64,000 nucleotides of DNA from contig CAXXMB010000002.1 of the NCBI GenBank assembly GCA_963668675.2, positions 800,001 through 864,000 of the forward strand, written 5' to 3'. The stretch is from an uncultured Desulfatitalea sp. Lineage in GTDB: Bacteria; Desulfobacterota; Desulfobacteria; Desulfobacterales; Desulfosarcinaceae. How positions within the stretch are numbered: position 1 is the first letter of the stretch; each line of letters starts with the position of its first letter. Positions 8,777-19,920 of the stretch are shown one piece after another. The position numbers and the translations under genes were made by a program. A model generated the notes under the pieces. That model worked only from the letters and a program-made list of their open reading frames with translations, did not search any database and had not been told where the DNA came from.

Positions 8777-10240
8777 CTATTTCTTACCCTTGCCCTTTTG
8801 CGGTATCCCGGCCAACGCCTTGGCCAGCTTGATCTTCTCTGCCAGCTTACCCTCCCTGAAAATCATGATGCGCTGGGCCTGTGGCGATCCGGCGCCGTGC
8901 ATCGACTCGACCATAGCGGTGCCGCCGGTCATGGCCTCGATCAAGCGGCCGATCTTGATGCGCTCCTTCACCGGAATATCCGAGACACCACTGAAATACT
9001 TCTCCACCAGATGCCCCACCTTCTCGCTCTCCAGGTCGTACTCGCTGGGCAGGGTGGCAATGAACCCACCGGCAATATCCGTGGCCAGCCGGGCCACTTC
9101 GAAATGGAAACGGGTGACGTTCTGCTTGCACACATTGGCCAGCATGGTGTCCACGAGATAGGCCCCCGATGGCGTCGGCTGCCCCTCTGCCGAACAGGCG
9201 ATCGAAGAGCTGTAGAGCGTCTCGCTCAGATGGATCATCTCTGTCACCTTGTCCCTGATATGGGAGCCTTTGGCCGTACCTTGGATCTGGGTCAGGTAAC
9301 TGACCGCGCCAGTCAACACATCCATGAGCCCGGTTTTACAGGCGCCGTAGTTGGCCCGATGATGGGCCGCGAATCGGTAGACCAGCGATCCGGTAAAAGC
9401 CGACTCCCCATTCAAAAAAATGCGTTCATTGGGAACAAAAACATCTTCAAAGGCGATAACCGCCTCGCCGCCCACCACGCCGAATCTCGGTTTGCCCACA
9501 TCGATGCGCTCCAGATGGTCCCGCCGGTCGTCACCGGCCTGGCGACCGAAGATCAAGGTTATACCAGGTGCGTCAATCGGGATGGCGCATACAATAGCGT
9601 AGTCACGGGATCCCTCGTTCAGCGCTGTGGTGGGCATGACCAGTATCTCGTGGGAGTTGACCGCACCGGTCATATGCAGTTTGGCGCCCCGGATCACCAC
9701 GCCGTCCGCCCTGCGCTCAACCACACGCACATACTGATCCGGATCGTCCTGCTCGGCCGGCCCCCTGGAGCGATCTCCCTTGGGATCCGTCATGGCGCCG
9801 ACCACCATCAGGTTCTCATCCTGGATTCGGGTCAGCCACTGTTTGAAATGCTCGAAATAGTCTGTGCCGTTCTTCTTGTCGATTTCGTAAGCCACCGAGT
9901 AAACGGCGTTGATCCCGTCGAACCCCACACAGCGCTGAAAGCAAGTGCCGGTCTTCTGCCCCAGCACGCGCAGCAATTTGATCTTTTTAATCAGGTCTTC
10001 GATGCCTTGATGAATATGAGTGAACCGGCTGATGGTGCGGCCGGTCAGATGGGAGGTGGCCGTGGCCAGTTCCCTGTACCTCTCCTTGCCTGCCAAGGCA
10101 TAGGTCATAGCCGCCGCCCGGACATGGGGCGCCGTGGCCGGGTGCCGGGTCACATCCTCGATGAGGCGACCTTTATAATAGATATTCGGATTTAGCCTCC
10201 TAAGGCTTTCTATGTATTCGGCTCCATTTCTCAGTTCCAT
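8777..10240 (-). CDS. abfD: 4-hydroxybutyryl-CoA dehydratase / vinylacetyl-CoA isomerase-like (HpaB/AbfD family, FAD + 4Fe-4S)
   Basis: TGTCFQRCVG (two Cys), HHRANYGAC (His + Cys cluster ligands), MTDPKGDRS, ESMHGAGSPQAQ. Confidence 0.8.
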   Translation of the reverse strand: MELRNGAEYIESLRRLNPNIYYKGRLIEDVTRHPATAPHVRAAAMTYALAGKERYRELATATSHLTGRTISRFTHIHQGIEDLIKKIKLLRVLGQKTGTCFQRCVGFDGINAVYSVAYEIDKKNGTDYFEHFKQWLTRIQDENLMVVGAMTDPKGDRSRGPAEQDDPDQYVRVVERRADGVVIRGAKLHMTGAVNSHEILVMPTTALNEGSRDYAIVCAIPIDAPGITLIFGRQAGDDRRDHLERIDVGKPRFGVVGGEAVIAFEDVFVPNERIFLNGESAFTGSLVYRFAAHHRANYGACKTGLMDVLTGAVSYLTQIQGTAKGSHIRDKVTEMIHLSETLYSSSIACSAEGQPTPSGAYLVDTMLANVCKQNVTRFHFEVARLATDIAGGFIATLPSEYDLESEKVGHLVEKYFSGVSDIPVKERIKIGRLIEAMTGGTAMVESMHGAGSPQAQRIMIFREGKLAEKIKLAKALAGIPQKGKGKK

Positions 10241-10272
10241 TCTACCCCCTTTTCCAGTAAGCTACTTCAAAA

Positions 10273-11253
10273 TCATCTCGTATGTTCTTCCAATCTGCGC
10301 AGGGCGTCAAGCGTAGATTGCATATCATCCGGCAACGCCGCTTCAAAGCGAAGCTCATCTTCGCTGACCGGATGGGTGAACCGCAGTTGATGGGCGTGCA
10401 GCATTTGGCGCTTCGCCGCATTGATAACATCATGGAGGGTGGGCAGACCCCGGGCCTGGCGCAGAACAGACCGACGCTGACCATAAACGGGATCGCCGAT
10501 GATAGGGTGCCCCATAGAGAGACAGTGGACCCTGATCTGATGAGTACGACCGGTTTTGAGAATCACGGCCAGAAGTGTCGCGCCGTTGAAACGCTCCCGA
10601 ACCCGCCAAAGGGTGAGGGCCTCCCTGCCTCCGTGGCCGACCACCGCCATCTTTTTCCGCTCCTGGCCGTGACGCCCCAAGGGCAGATCGATGGTTCCGC
10701 TTGCTCGATCGGGCACACCTGCGACCAGGGCCAGGTACTCCTTGTGCACAAGACGGGCCTTGAACTGCGCCGATAGCCCCTGGTGGGCAGCGCTGTTCTT
10801 TGCGACAACCAGAACGCCGGTGGTATCCTTGTCCAGGCGGTGCACAATTCCCGGGCGTTTCTCAGCACCGATGCCTTCGAGATCCGGGCAGTGATGGAGC
10901 AAACCGTTCACCAATGTACCGGTAGGGTGACCAGCCGATGGATGTACCACCATTCCAGCCGGCTTGTTGAGCACAATCAGATGTCGGTCTTCGAAGAGGA
11001 TATCCAACGGAAGCGGTTCGGCCACCATATCCACTGGCTCGGGAGGCGGTACGCACCCGGTGACCTCTTCATGAGATTTGACCTTGTATGACGATTTGCG
11101 CGGCACTCCATCTACATGAACGTTGCCTTGGCGAATAAGGTCCGCAGCCCTGGACCGGGAACAGTCAGCCAGATGGGCCGACAGATAGGCGTCGAGACGC
11201 ATCCCGCTTTCAGTGGGATCGACATAGAGCGAAAAATTGCCCGTTGGAGGCAT
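10273..11253 (-). CDS. rluD: RluA/RluD family 23S rRNA pseudouridine synthase
   Basis: N-terminal S4 domain (RLDAYL), NKPAGMVVHP, VHRLDKDTTG, TGRTHQIRVH, GDPVYG. Confidence 0.92.
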   Translation of the reverse strand: MPPTGNFSLYVDPTESGMRLDAYLSAHLADCSRSRAADLIRQGNVHVDGVPRKSSYKVKSHEEVTGCVPPPEPVDMVAEPLPLDILFEDRHLIVLNKPAGMVVHPSAGHPTGTLVNGLLHHCPDLEGIGAEKRPGIVHRLDKDTTGVLVVAKNSAAHQGLSAQFKARLVHKEYLALVAGVPDRASGTIDLPLGRHGQERKKMAVVGHGGREALTLWRVRERFNGATLLAVILKTGRTHQIRVHCLSMGHPIIGDPVYGQRRSVLRQARGLPTLHDVINAAKRQMLHAHQLRFTHPVSEDELRFEAALPDDMQSTLDALRRLEEHTR

Positions 11254-11266
11254 CTTTTACAGTGAC

Positions 11267-11821
11267 TTACTCTTTTTCGTCGGAGGCAAACAGGGCTTCA
11301 ATTTCGGAAGCCACCGCTTTTTCATCGGTATTTTTTGCGGTTGACAGCTCTTTGATCAGCAGATTATGAGCGGTGTCGTAAAGCTTCCGTTCACCGAAGG
11401 AGAGATCTTTGGTCAATTTAAGCAGCGAGAGATCGCGGAAAACTTCGGCCACCTCATAGAGTGAACCGGTTTTGATCTTGTCCATGTATTCTCTATAGCG
11501 GCGATTCCAGGTCTGATTGTCGATGGCCAGATCTCTTTGGGAGGTCATCACCTTCATGATTTTGGGGATCTCAGTCTCGCCGATCACATCACGCAGCCCA
11601 ACCGATTCGACATTCCAGGTGGGAATCATGATGACCATGTTGTTCTCGAGGATCTTCATGATATAGAAATCGTGGGTTTCACCATTCACCACACGCGATT
11701 CGATGGCCTCGATACGGCCCACGCCATGGGCGGGATACACAGCCAGATCGCCGATCTTAAACCGCTTGGTTTTAGATTTGGGGACCTCTTTTTTTTCTTC
11801 TTCTTCTACCGAATCGGCCAT
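11267..11821 (-). CDS. carD: CarD/CdnL family RNA polymerase-binding regulator
   Basis: FKIGDLAVYPAHGVG, WNRRYRE, LSFGERK. Confidence 0.92.
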   Translation of the reverse strand: MADSVEEEEKKEVPKSKTKRFKIGDLAVYPAHGVGRIEAIESRVVNGETHDFYIMKILENNMVIMIPTWNVESVGLRDVIGETEIPKIMKVMTSQRDLAIDNQTWNRRYREYMDKIKTGSLYEVAEVFRDLSLLKLTKDLSFGERKLYDTAHNLLIKELSTAKNTDEKAVASEIEALFASDEKE

Positions 11822-11905
11822 TCAAGCTACCTGACGCGCACTCAAAGCGCTTAGAAAAGTGACAGTTAGGTGCAAAATATAGCATTATCCCGACTAGCTT
11901 GCAAC

Positions 11906-11940
11906 AAAAAAGGATCGGCACCAAAGTGCCGATCCTTTTT
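11906..11940 (-). terminator. Rho-independent terminator after hppA
   Basis: AAAAAAGGATCGGCAC-CAAA-GTGCCGATCCTTTTT perfect hairpin with A/T tails. Confidence 0.85.
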
Positions 11941-11976
11941 GCTTCTCGATCAGGCGCAACAATCGCGCCGTTTCAC

Positions 11977-14019
11977 TTACATCATTTTGATCAGGATGGG
12001 AACCAGCAGCAGGGCAACCACATTGAGGATCTTGATCATGGGGTTGACTGCCGGGCCAGCGGTATCCTTGTAAGGATCGCCGACGGTGTCGCCGGTCACC
12101 GCTGCTTTATGGGCATCGCTGCCCTTGCCGCCGAGGTGGCCATCTTCGATGTACTTTTTGGCATTGTCCCAGGCAGCGCCACCGGTGGTCATCGACAGGG
12201 CCACGAACACGCCCGTTACGATAGAACCGATGAGCAGTCCACCAAGTGCGACCGGCCCCAGGAACACTCCAACCAGGATCGGTGCCACAACCGGCAGGAT
12301 CGCCGGAACCAGCATCTCTTTCAGTGCAAACTTGGTGACGATGTCCACGCATGCACCGTAATCGGGTTTGCCGGTGCCTTCCATGATGCCCGGAATCTCG
12401 CGGAACTGACGGCGCACCTCGTCAACGACTGCGCCGCCGGCTTTGCCAACCGCCTTCATGGCGATGGAGGCGAACAGATAGGGCAGCAGACCGCCAATGA
12501 AAAGGCCGACAATGACGCTAACGTCGGAAAGCTCGAACTTGAGTCCCTTGTCGGCGCCGTGGATCGCAAACTCTTCCACGTAAGCAGCGAAAAGAACGAG
12601 GGCGGCCAGACCGGCGGAGCCGATGGCATACCCTTTGGTAACGGCCTTGGTGGTGTTTCCAACCGCATCCAACGGATCGGTCACGGCGCGGACACTCTCG
12701 TCCATCTCGGCCATCTCGGCGATGCCGCCGGCATTGTCGGTGATGGGACCATAAGCGTCGATGGCGATAACCATACCGGTCATGGAGAGCATGGACATGG
12801 CAGCCATGGCGATGCCGTACAGATCACCAAACTTGTAAGCCAAGAGGATGGCCAGACAGATGGCCAGAACCGGAAGTGCAGTGGCCTGCATGGAGACGGC
12901 CAGACCGGCGATGATGTTGGTGCCGTGTCCGGTGGTGGAGGCGTCGGCGATCGATTTTACAGGACCGTAAATACCGGTGTAGTACTCGGTAATGATAACG
13001 ATCACAACCGTCAAGACCAGGCCGATCAAGGTGCAGTAGTAAATATTCATGGCGGAAATCTCGGGGATACCGACCATGAACTTGTTACAGGCGTAAAAGA
13101 AGGCAATACCGGCGAGGATCGCCGACCCGAACATGCCTTTGTATAGAGCGCCCATGATGTAGCCGCCGCTGCCCAAGCGCACAAAGAAGACGGCGATGAT
13201 CGAGGCGATGATGGAGATGGCGCCCAGGATCAGGGGAAACTCGGTGGCCATCTGCATTTTGGGGTAGAGCAGGTTGCCGATGAGCATAGCAGCCACGGCG
13301 GTCACTGCGTAGGTCTCGAACAGGTCGGCTGCCATACCGGCACAGTCACCGACGTTGTCACCGACGTTGTCAGCGATGGTGGCGGGGTTTCTGGGGTCAT
13401 CTTCGGGGATGCCCGCTTCAACCTTGCCGACCAGGTCGGCGCCCACATCGGCGCCCTTGGTGAAGATACCACCGCCCAAACGGGCGAAGATGGAGATCAA
13501 ACTGCCGCCGAAGCCGAGAGCGACCAGTGCGATAACGGCGTCTTTGGATTCCACGCCAATACCGAGCAGGATGGTGTAGTACCCGGCGACAGCGGTCAGG
13601 GCCAAGCCAGCCACGATCATACCGGTCACGGAACCGCCCCTAAAGGCCATGGCGAGACCGGCAGCCATGCCTTTCTTGGCAGCCTCGGCCGTTCTCACGT
13701 TGGCCAGGACCGATACGCGCATGCCGATGTAGCCGGCCAAGAAAGAGGCAATGGCACCGACGAGAAAGCCGAGGGCGGTTTTGGCGCCAAGGGTGAAGAC
13801 AATAAGGATAAAAATGATAATACCGGCAATCCCCATGCTCTTCATCTGACGGTTCAGGTAGGCAACGGCGCCTTCCTTAATGGCATTGGCAATTTTCTGC
13901 ATTTTCTCATCGCCGGCAGGTGCACTTTTGACGATCGCGGCGAGGATAATGGCAAAAACCACTCCGACCATCCCAACCAATGTACAAATCAACGGAATAT
14001 TGTTCATTACAACGTCCAT
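11977..14019 (-). CDS. hppA: Membrane-bound H+-translocating pyrophosphatase, K+-independent type
   Basis: [49 protein letters not shown] has Lys at the K+-dependence position. Confidence 0.95.
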   Translation of the reverse strand: MDVVMNNIPLICTLVGMVGVVFAIILAAIVKSAPAGDEKMQKIANAIKEGAVAYLNRQMKSMGIAGIIIFILIVFTLGAKTALGFLVGAIASFLAGYIGMRVSVLANVRTAEAAKKGMAAGLAMAFRGGSVTGMIVAGLALTAVAGYYTILLGIGVESKDAVIALVALGFGGSLISIFARLGGGIFTKGADVGADLVGKVEAGIPEDDPRNPATIADNVGDNVGDCAGMAADLFETYAVTAVAAMLIGNLLYPKMQMATEFPLILGAISIIASIIAVFFVRLGSGGYIMGALYKGMFGSAILAGIAFFYACNKFMVGIPEISAMNIYYCTLIGLVLTVVIVIITEYYTGIYGPVKSIADASTTGHGTNIIAGLAVSMQATALPVLAICLAILLAYKFGDLYGIAMAAMSMLSMTGMVIAIDAYGPITDNAGGIAEMAEMDESVRAVTDPLDAVGNTTKAVTKGYAIGSAGLAALVLFAAYVEEFAIHGADKGLKFELSDVSVIVGLFIGGLLPYLFASIAMKAVGKAGGAVVDEVRRQFREIPGIMEGTGKPDYGACVDIVTKFALKEMLVPAILPVVAPILVGVFLGPVALGGLLIGSIVTGVFVALSMTTGGAAWDNAKKYIEDGHLGGKGSDAHKAAVTGDTVGDPYKDTAGPAVNPMIKILNVVALLLVPILIKMM

Positions 14020-14040
14020 TCTCTCCTCCCTATAAATTGG

Positions 14041-14628
14041 TTAACTTGACTTCTGATTATATCGGTTCATCGCTATCTTCGTACCTTCGGTCAGAATCGT
14101 TACGATCGACTCGCATGCCCTCTGGATAAATTCGCCCAGTTGGTTACGTTCCTCATGATTGAAGGTGCCCAGAACGTGGCCGACAACGTTGTCGCTCTTA
14201 TCGGAGCGCCCTACCCCCATACGAACTCTGGTGAAATCACCATCTCCGAAAGCATTGATGATCGAACGGATTCCCCTGTGTCCGCCATCGCCCCCTTTCT
14301 CTTTGATTTTTAATCTTTTAAAAGCCAGGTCGATGTCGTCATGAACAATAACCATCGCCTCGCGTTGAATCCCGAAATAGTGTGCCAGCCGTTGCAGCGG
14401 CGGGCCGCTGCGGTTCATATAGGATTGGGGCTTGACCAAAAAAGCGTCCACGCCCCTGATGCGCCCCCGCCCATAGATCGTGTCGAACTTTTTCCGTTGG
14501 ACAGGGATCCTGAAAGCCTCTGCAAGCGCATCCACTGCCAGGAAACCCGCATTGTGACGGGTAGTGGCGTAATCCGGCCCGGGATTCCCAAGCCCGACGA
14601 CCAAATAGACCCCATTTCCCGGCATCAT
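14041..14628 (-). CDS. pth: Peptidyl-tRNA hydrolase
   Basis: LVVGLGNPG, TRHNAGF, KPQSYMN, HDDIDL, GGHRG. Confidence 0.95.
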   Translation of the reverse strand: MMPGNGVYLVVGLGNPGPDYATTRHNAGFLAVDALAEAFRIPVQRKKFDTIYGRGRIRGVDAFLVKPQSYMNRSGPPLQRLAHYFGIQREAMVIVHDDIDLAFKRLKIKEKGGDGGHRGIRSIINAFGDGDFTRVRMGVGRSDKSDNVVGHVLGTFNHEERNQLGEFIQRACESIVTILTEGTKIAMNRYNQKSS

Positions 14629-14663
14629 TTGCTGTCCGCCTTAACGGTCCGGCGCTCGGTAAT

Positions 14664-15317
14664 TTACTCTTCCCCGGCCTCTTCTGCGGCTTCACCTTCA
14701 GCCGCCTCGACCTCTTCACCCTCTTCCCCTTCGACCTCTTCAACGGCCTCTTCTTCGTGCTTGGTGGTGGCGACGGTTAGAACCGTGAAGTTGACGTCGT
14801 GGAGAATCTCAACATCTTCAGTGGTCTCAATGTCTTCCACATGTATCGAATGACCAATATCCAATTCCGTGATATCGATAACAATCGATTCGGGAATGTT
14901 ATCGGGACGACAGGCCACTTCCAGTTCCCGGCGGATAATCTGCAACACCCCGCCCGCTTCGACACCGATCGATTTGCCAGTCGTTACGATCGGGACGGCG
15001 ACACGCACCTCACGGTCCATCGAAACCTTGTAGAGGTCGATATGCAACAACTCATTGGAGACCGGGTGAGTCTGCAGCTCTTTGATCATCACCGGCGTGC
15101 CCTTCTTGGCGCCATCGATACGCAAATTGAAGATGGAGCGCCCCAATCCGCCGCCTTTGATAATGGTCTCCAGGTCATGTGCTTCAACGGACACCATGGC
15201 CGGTTCGGTATTCGGACCGTACAGGACAGCCGGAACCCTGCCTTCCCGGCGCATGGCCCGGGCAGGGCTGTTGCCCTTGGTTGTACGGGTTTTGGCGTTT
15301 AGCTCTATGTTATTCAA
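14664..15317 (-). CDS. rplY: 50S ribosomal protein L25/general stress protein Ctc
   Basis: RREGRVPAVLYG, QTHPV, HIDL, acidic tail; prs-rplY-pth synteny; TTG start. Confidence 0.95.
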   Translation of the reverse strand: MNNIELNAKTRTTKGNSPARAMRREGRVPAVLYGPNTEPAMVSVEAHDLETIIKGGGLGRSIFNLRIDGAKKGTPVMIKELQTHPVSNELLHIDLYKVSMDREVRVAVPIVTTGKSIGVEAGGVLQIIRRELEVACRPDNIPESIVIDITELDIGHSIHVEDIETTEDVEILHDVNFTVLTVATTKHEEEAVEEVEGEEGEEVEAAEGEAAEEAGEE

Positions 15318-15350
15318 AGAAAAATTCCTCCTTACACAACAAAATTTAGT

Positions 15351-16304
15351 TTATACGAACAACGACGTTACCGAATCTCCCCGATAACTGCGCAGGATTG
15401 CCTCTCCCATGAGGTTGGCAATGGTCAGCACCTTGATTTTATCGCAAGCAGCTGCTTCGGGTGACAGTGGTATCGTATCAGTGACCACGAGACTTTTAAG
15501 GTCGCACGAGTTGATGCGATCGATGGCCGGACCGGACAACACCGGGTGCGCACAGCAGGCATGCACCTCATTGGCACCATTCTCCAACAGGACCTTGACA
15601 GCTTCAGTCATTGTGCCTGCGGTATCGACCATGTCATCCAGGATGATGGCTGTTTTGCCTTTGACGTTACCGATGACCGCCATCGCCTTGGCGACATTGG
15701 GCGCCGTGCGCCGCTTATCGACGATGGCCAATCCGGCCTCCAACCGCTTGGCAAAGGCTCTGGCACGCTCCACTCCACCGGCATCCGGAGAAACGACAAC
15801 AATGTCGTCATGAAGATTGTTACGGATATAACTTAAGATGATCGGTGCCGCGAACAGGTTGTCTACCGGGATATTGAAGAATCCCTGAATCTGACCGGCG
15901 TGCAGATCCATGGTAATCAACCGGCCGGCGCCGGCGGTGGTCAACAGGTCGGCAATCAGCTTGGCGCTGATAGGAACACGCGGTGCCACTTTTTTGTCTT
16001 GGCGTGCATACCCATAGTAGGGCATGACGGCAGTAATGCTGCTGGCCGAGGATCGCTTCACGGCGTCAATCATCAGGAGCAGTTCGACCAGATGGTTGTT
16101 GCCAGGCGAACAGGTGGACTGGATGACAAATACGTCCTTGGTACGGACATTGTCCTCTATTTCGATCTGGATCTCACCGTCACTGAAGGTCGTCAGCTTG
16201 GCACCGCCCATGGGCATGTTCAGATATTCACAGATTCGCGTTGCAAGAGCTGGGTTTGAATTGCCTGAAAAAATCCAGAAATCATTGAGTGTTCTGCTTG
16301 CCAC
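15351..16304 (-). CDS. prs: Ribose-phosphate pyrophosphokinase
   Basis: [48 protein letters not shown]. Confidence 0.97.
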   Translation of the reverse strand: MASRTLNDFWIFSGNSNPALATRICEYLNMPMGGAKLTTFSDGEIQIEIEDNVRTKDVFVIQSTCSPGNNHLVELLLMIDAVKRSSASSITAVMPYYGYARQDKKVAPRVPISAKLIADLLTTAGAGRLITMDLHAGQIQGFFNIPVDNLFAAPIILSYIRNNLHDDIVVVSPDAGGVERARAFAKRLEAGLAIVDKRRTAPNVAKAMAVIGNVKGKTAIILDDMVDTAGTMTEAVKVLLENGANEVHACCAHPVLSGPAIDRINSCDLKSLVVTDTIPLSPEAAACDKIKVLTIANLMGEAILRSYRGDSVTSLFV

Positions 16305-16350
16305 GATGTGGATACCCTCCTTCTGACCCTTGACGGTATGCGCAAAAATT

Positions 16351-16425
16351 TGGCTGGGGCGGGAGGATTCGAACCTCCGAATGCAGGAACCAAAATCCTG
16401 TGTCTTACCGCTTGACGACGCCCCA
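16351..16425 (-). tRNA. tRNA-Gln (anticodon TTG)
   Basis: TGGGGCGTCGTCAAGCGGTAAGACACAGGATTTTGGTTCCTGCATTCGGAGGTTCGAATCCTCCCGCCCCAGCCA: cloverleaf, TTCGAAT T-loop, encoded CCA; classic ispE-tRNAGln-prs position. Confidence 0.97.
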
Positions 16426-16478
16426 GCAATATATAGTGAAGTTTGCTTGCGATCCTCTCCTGCCGACCACCGCGTCCA

Positions 16479-17381
16479 TCACGTCAGCAATCGAGTGGCG
16501 TATACCTGCCATGTATCCGGCCGATCAAGGTCTCTTGCGGCTTTTTGGGCCGCGACTTCATCTCTGAACAAGCCAAAGACCGTCGAACCGCTACCTGTCA
16601 TCATTGAACCGATAGCACCCTGATCTTGCAGCTTCTTTTTAATTTCTGCGATGACCGGAAAGCGGCGAATCACCCCTGCTTCCAAATCGTTGTGCAAGTG
16701 ATGGTTTGCACTGAATTTTCCGTTTTTAAAAGGCAAGTACCTAAGTTTTTTTTTCGATTTTGTCAATCCAAATCTGAGGTTTTTAAAGACCTCGGCGGTC
16801 GAGATACCAAAGTTCGGATAGACCAGAACGGCTCCGAACGGCTGCAATCCGTGGTATGGCGCCAGTCGTTCGCCTATGCCCGATGCCACCGCCGGACGCT
16901 GATCAATGAAAAAGGGCACATCGGCGCCCAGGCGTACCGCAATGGATAGCAGGCGTTCTCGATCGAAAGGGCAGCCATGGAACCGATTGAGGCCCGAGAT
17001 CACCGCAGCGGCGTCGCTGCTGCCCCCGCCGAGGCCGCCGCCGACCGGAATGTGTTTGGCCAACTGTATGGAGACATTCTTTGGACAACGGTTGGTATCG
17101 CTGTCGAGTGTCTGATTGAAAAGCGACACTGCCTGCAGCGCAATATTGGTTTCGTCGGCGGGCACCCCGGGATGTTCGCATCGGATTTGATTTTGGGAAA
17201 CACCGATGCGCAACTCCAGTCGATCATGGAGGGCCACACAGCACATCAGCGACAGCAATTCATGATAGCCGTCCGCCCGCTGGCCGACAATGTGCAGACA
17301 GAGGTTGAGCTTGGCAGGCGCTCGCAACGCCAGGGAGTGTATTGATTCGCTGGTCGGTTGATGCACTGTGCCAGTACACAT
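16479..17381 (-). CDS. ispE: 4-diphosphocytidyl-2-C-methyl-D-erythritol kinase
   Basis: APAKLNL, RADGYHEL, KHIPVGGGLGGGSSDAA, LGADVPFF, MTGSGSTVF; start uncertain. Confidence 0.95.
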   Translation of the reverse strand: MCTGTVHQPTSESIHSLALRAPAKLNLCLHIVGQRADGYHELLSLMCCVALHDRLELRIGVSQNQIRCEHPGVPADETNIALQAVSLFNQTLDSDTNRCPKNVSIQLAKHIPVGGGLGGGSSDAAAVISGLNRFHGCPFDRERLLSIAVRLGADVPFFIDQRPAVASGIGERLAPYHGLQPFGAVLVYPNFGISTAEVFKNLRFGLTKSKKKLRYLPFKNGKFSANHHLHNDLEAGVIRRFPVIAEIKKKLQDQGAIGSMMTGSGSTVFGLFRDEVAAQKAARDLDRPDTWQVYATRLLT

Positions 17382-17464
17382 AGAAGCCACCCCCGGTGTT
17401 TCCGCCAAACACCCTCTCGGCAAGTTACCGTATCAACGAATCAAGGAACGGGCCGAGACCGTCT

Positions 17465-17773
17465 TTAACCCTTCTCTTTCACGTAAAGCATCCGCAGCTC
17501 ATAAAGTATATTTTTGAGTATATTGTCTTCATCACTGGTGAGATTGCCTTTGGTTTTTTCCTCCAGCATGGCCAACAGGTCGATGGTTTGCTTGGCCAGA
17601 GGAAGGTTTTTAACCTTCTGGCCGGAAGCAGGATCTTCGATAAGGCCCAATTGAACCAAGGTAGAGGAGTTCAGTGACAGAATAAATGTGGAAAAATCGA
17701 TTATGGGCAAAGCATAGTCTTTTGCCTGGGCATCAGACTGCACCTCTCCCCCTTCTTTGCGGTCATCGGCCAT
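17465..17773 (-). CDS. DUF1844 family protein
   Basis: IDFSTFILSL, LAKQTIDLLAMLEEKTKGNL, LYELRMLYV; RBS AAGGAGG before ATG 17773. Confidence 0.8.
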   Translation of the reverse strand: MADDRKEGGEVQSDAQAKDYALPIIDFSTFILSLNSSTLVQLGLIEDPASGQKVKNLPLAKQTIDLLAMLEEKTKGNLTSDEDNILKNILYELRMLYVKEKG

Positions 17774-17907
17774 ACCCCCTCCTTCCCCTTTTGATCGTTT
17801 CGGAATCGGGCCAGGCGAACGCATGCCAATTCGTCCGCCTGGCCCCTGGAGAACGGGCCTTTCTATTGCTGGCCCGTCACAGCGTTGGTAACGCTGAACA
17901 TCAACGT

Positions 17908-19488
17908 CTAAAATTCCAAGGGTGTAACGTTTTTAACGGTCTTGAGGCTGCGCAACTCCTCGACCACCTCGGTGGGAATAGGCGTGTCCGTACATAGAAA
18001 GATAATATTGCGGTCGCCCCCCTCCTCCTGGCCGACCTGCATGCGGGCAATGTTGATATTGTGTTTGCCCAGACAGGTACCAATTTCGCCTATAGATCCA
18101 GGGATATCTTTATTGTAAATCAAGGCCATGTGTCCCAGCGGAATCATCTCCAGGCGGAACGTGTTGATGCGCACCACCCGGGTATCCTCCTTGCCGAAAA
18201 TGGTGCCGGAGACCACATTTTCTCCTTCCGTGGTCACCAATCTGGCAGTGATCAGATAGGTATACTCCTCGTGGGCCGCAACAGTGGTCTCGGTCACCTT
18301 GATGCCTCGCTGGTTAGCCAGGACATGGGCATTGACGGAATTGACCATCTCCTTGACCATGGGGGCAAGGAGCCCTTTGAGCAGGGCCGTTGTGACCGGT
18401 GACAGATCGATGCCCTTGAAATCGCCGTAATATTCGATGACCACCTCTTTCGGGGCACCGTTGATCAACTGGGCTTGCAGAGCGCCAAGTTGCTCGGCCA
18501 GCTTCAGATAGGGTCCGACCTTCTCCAGCACCTCACCGGTGACCGAGGGCACGTTGACCGCATTGACGATGGTACCGCTGTTCAAATAGTCGATGATCTG
18601 CTGGGCGACCATGACGGCCACATTGGTCTGGGCCTCCTTCGTGGAAGCGCCCAGGTGAGGGGTGCAGATAACCCGATCCAATTCCAAGAGGGGGCTCTCC
18701 CCGGGAGGTTCGGTCTCAAACACATCCAGCGCAGCTCCGGCAACTTTGCCGGCGACAATGGCCTCATAGAGGTCTGCCTCGTGGACAATTCCGCCGCGTG
18801 CGCAATTGATGATCATGACGCCGCTCTTCATCTTTTCGAAAGCATCTTTGTTGAGCAGGTTGGCGGTTGTTTTCATTTTGGGGACATGTACGGTGATGTA
18901 ATCGGATTGTTTGTACAGCTCCTCCAGGCTGACGGCTTCGAACCCGTCATTCTCAATTTTTTCCGGGGGCACAAAGGGGTCGAAAACAACCACCCGCATC
19001 CTCAAGCCACGTGCCCTGTCAGCAACGATAGCTCCAATTTTACCATAACCGATCAAGCCAAGCGTCTTTTTGTACAGCTCCCGACCGGCCAGGTTCTTTT
19101 TCTCCCAACGGTTATCCTTAAGGGAGGCTGTACCGGCCGGAATGTTGCGCGTCAGGGACATCATCATGGCAATGGCGTGCTCGGCGGTGGTGATCACATT
19201 GCCGGTCGGGGTGTTCATGACGACCACTCCACGGCTGGTCGCGGCCGGGATATCCACATTGTCCAGACCGATGCCGGCGCGGCCCACCACTTTCAGATTG
19301 ACGGCAGCATCGAGCACATCCTCGGTGACTTTCGTAGCGCTGCGAATGACCAGCGCATCATATTGGCCGATAATCGCTTTTAACTCTTCCGGAGAGAGGC
19401 CGGTGTTGACGTCTACCTCGATCCCTTCCGCCGCTTGAAACATTTCAATCCCAATTTCACCCAAATTGTCGCTTACAAGTACTTTCAT
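17908..19488 (-). CDS. serA: D-3-phosphoglycerate dehydrogenase (with ASB and ACT domains)
   Basis: RAGIGLDNVD, GYGKIG, INCARGG, AALDVF, TPHLGAST, C-terminal NINIARMQVG. Confidence 0.95.
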   Translation of the reverse strand: MKVLVSDNLGEIGIEMFQAAEGIEVDVNTGLSPEELKAIIGQYDALVIRSATKVTEDVLDAAVNLKVVGRAGIGLDNVDIPAATSRGVVVMNTPTGNVITTAEHAIAMMMSLTRNIPAGTASLKDNRWEKKNLAGRELYKKTLGLIGYGKIGAIVADRARGLRMRVVVFDPFVPPEKIENDGFEAVSLEELYKQSDYITVHVPKMKTTANLLNKDAFEKMKSGVMIINCARGGIVHEADLYEAIVAGKVAGAALDVFETEPPGESPLLELDRVICTPHLGASTKEAQTNVAVMVAQQIIDYLNSGTIVNAVNVPSVTGEVLEKVGPYLKLAEQLGALQAQLINGAPKEVVIEYYGDFKGIDLSPVTTALLKGLLAPMVKEMVNSVNAHVLANQRGIKVTETTVAAHEEYTYLITARLVTTEGENVVSGTIFGKEDTRVVRINTFRLEMIPLGHMALIYNKDIPGSIGEIGTCLGKHNINIARMQVGQEEGGDRNIIFLCTDTPIPTEVVEELRSLKTVKNVTPLEF

Positions 19489-19920
19489 TTTCATTCCCCT
19501 CATCCATTATATTTTGGCATCCTGCACTCAGTGGTTGGCGCCCAGGTCAACGGTCGTGCCATCCCTACTTCCAAAGAGCCGATGTTGGTGTGACACCCTC
19601 CATCCATGCAGTTGGGTTCTACACAATTGGATAAAATGTCACATCAGCTCCCGGGTTTACCAGAACCTATTCGAGGGTCTGCTACCTTCGCCCGATATGG
19701 TCAGATGATTGCTGCGCCATCGGTCTGGAAGCTCGCTGATATTGCTTGAAAACAAATTGGGACATATTAGGCAAAAACGAAACCACATTCAAGACCAAAT
19801 GTGACGATTCCCGGTGCAACCAACCTTGCCCGACCTGTCTGTGTGGCTTGATTATTACCGGGTAGTTTGTTAACCAGCCATCCAAACCGGCTAAAAAGGC
19901 CCAATACAGAGGATGACACC

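Noticed and set aside
19546..19561. Sigma54-like TGGCAC-N5-TTGAC upstream of serA
   Set aside because: The conserved -12 GC is GA; insufficient support.
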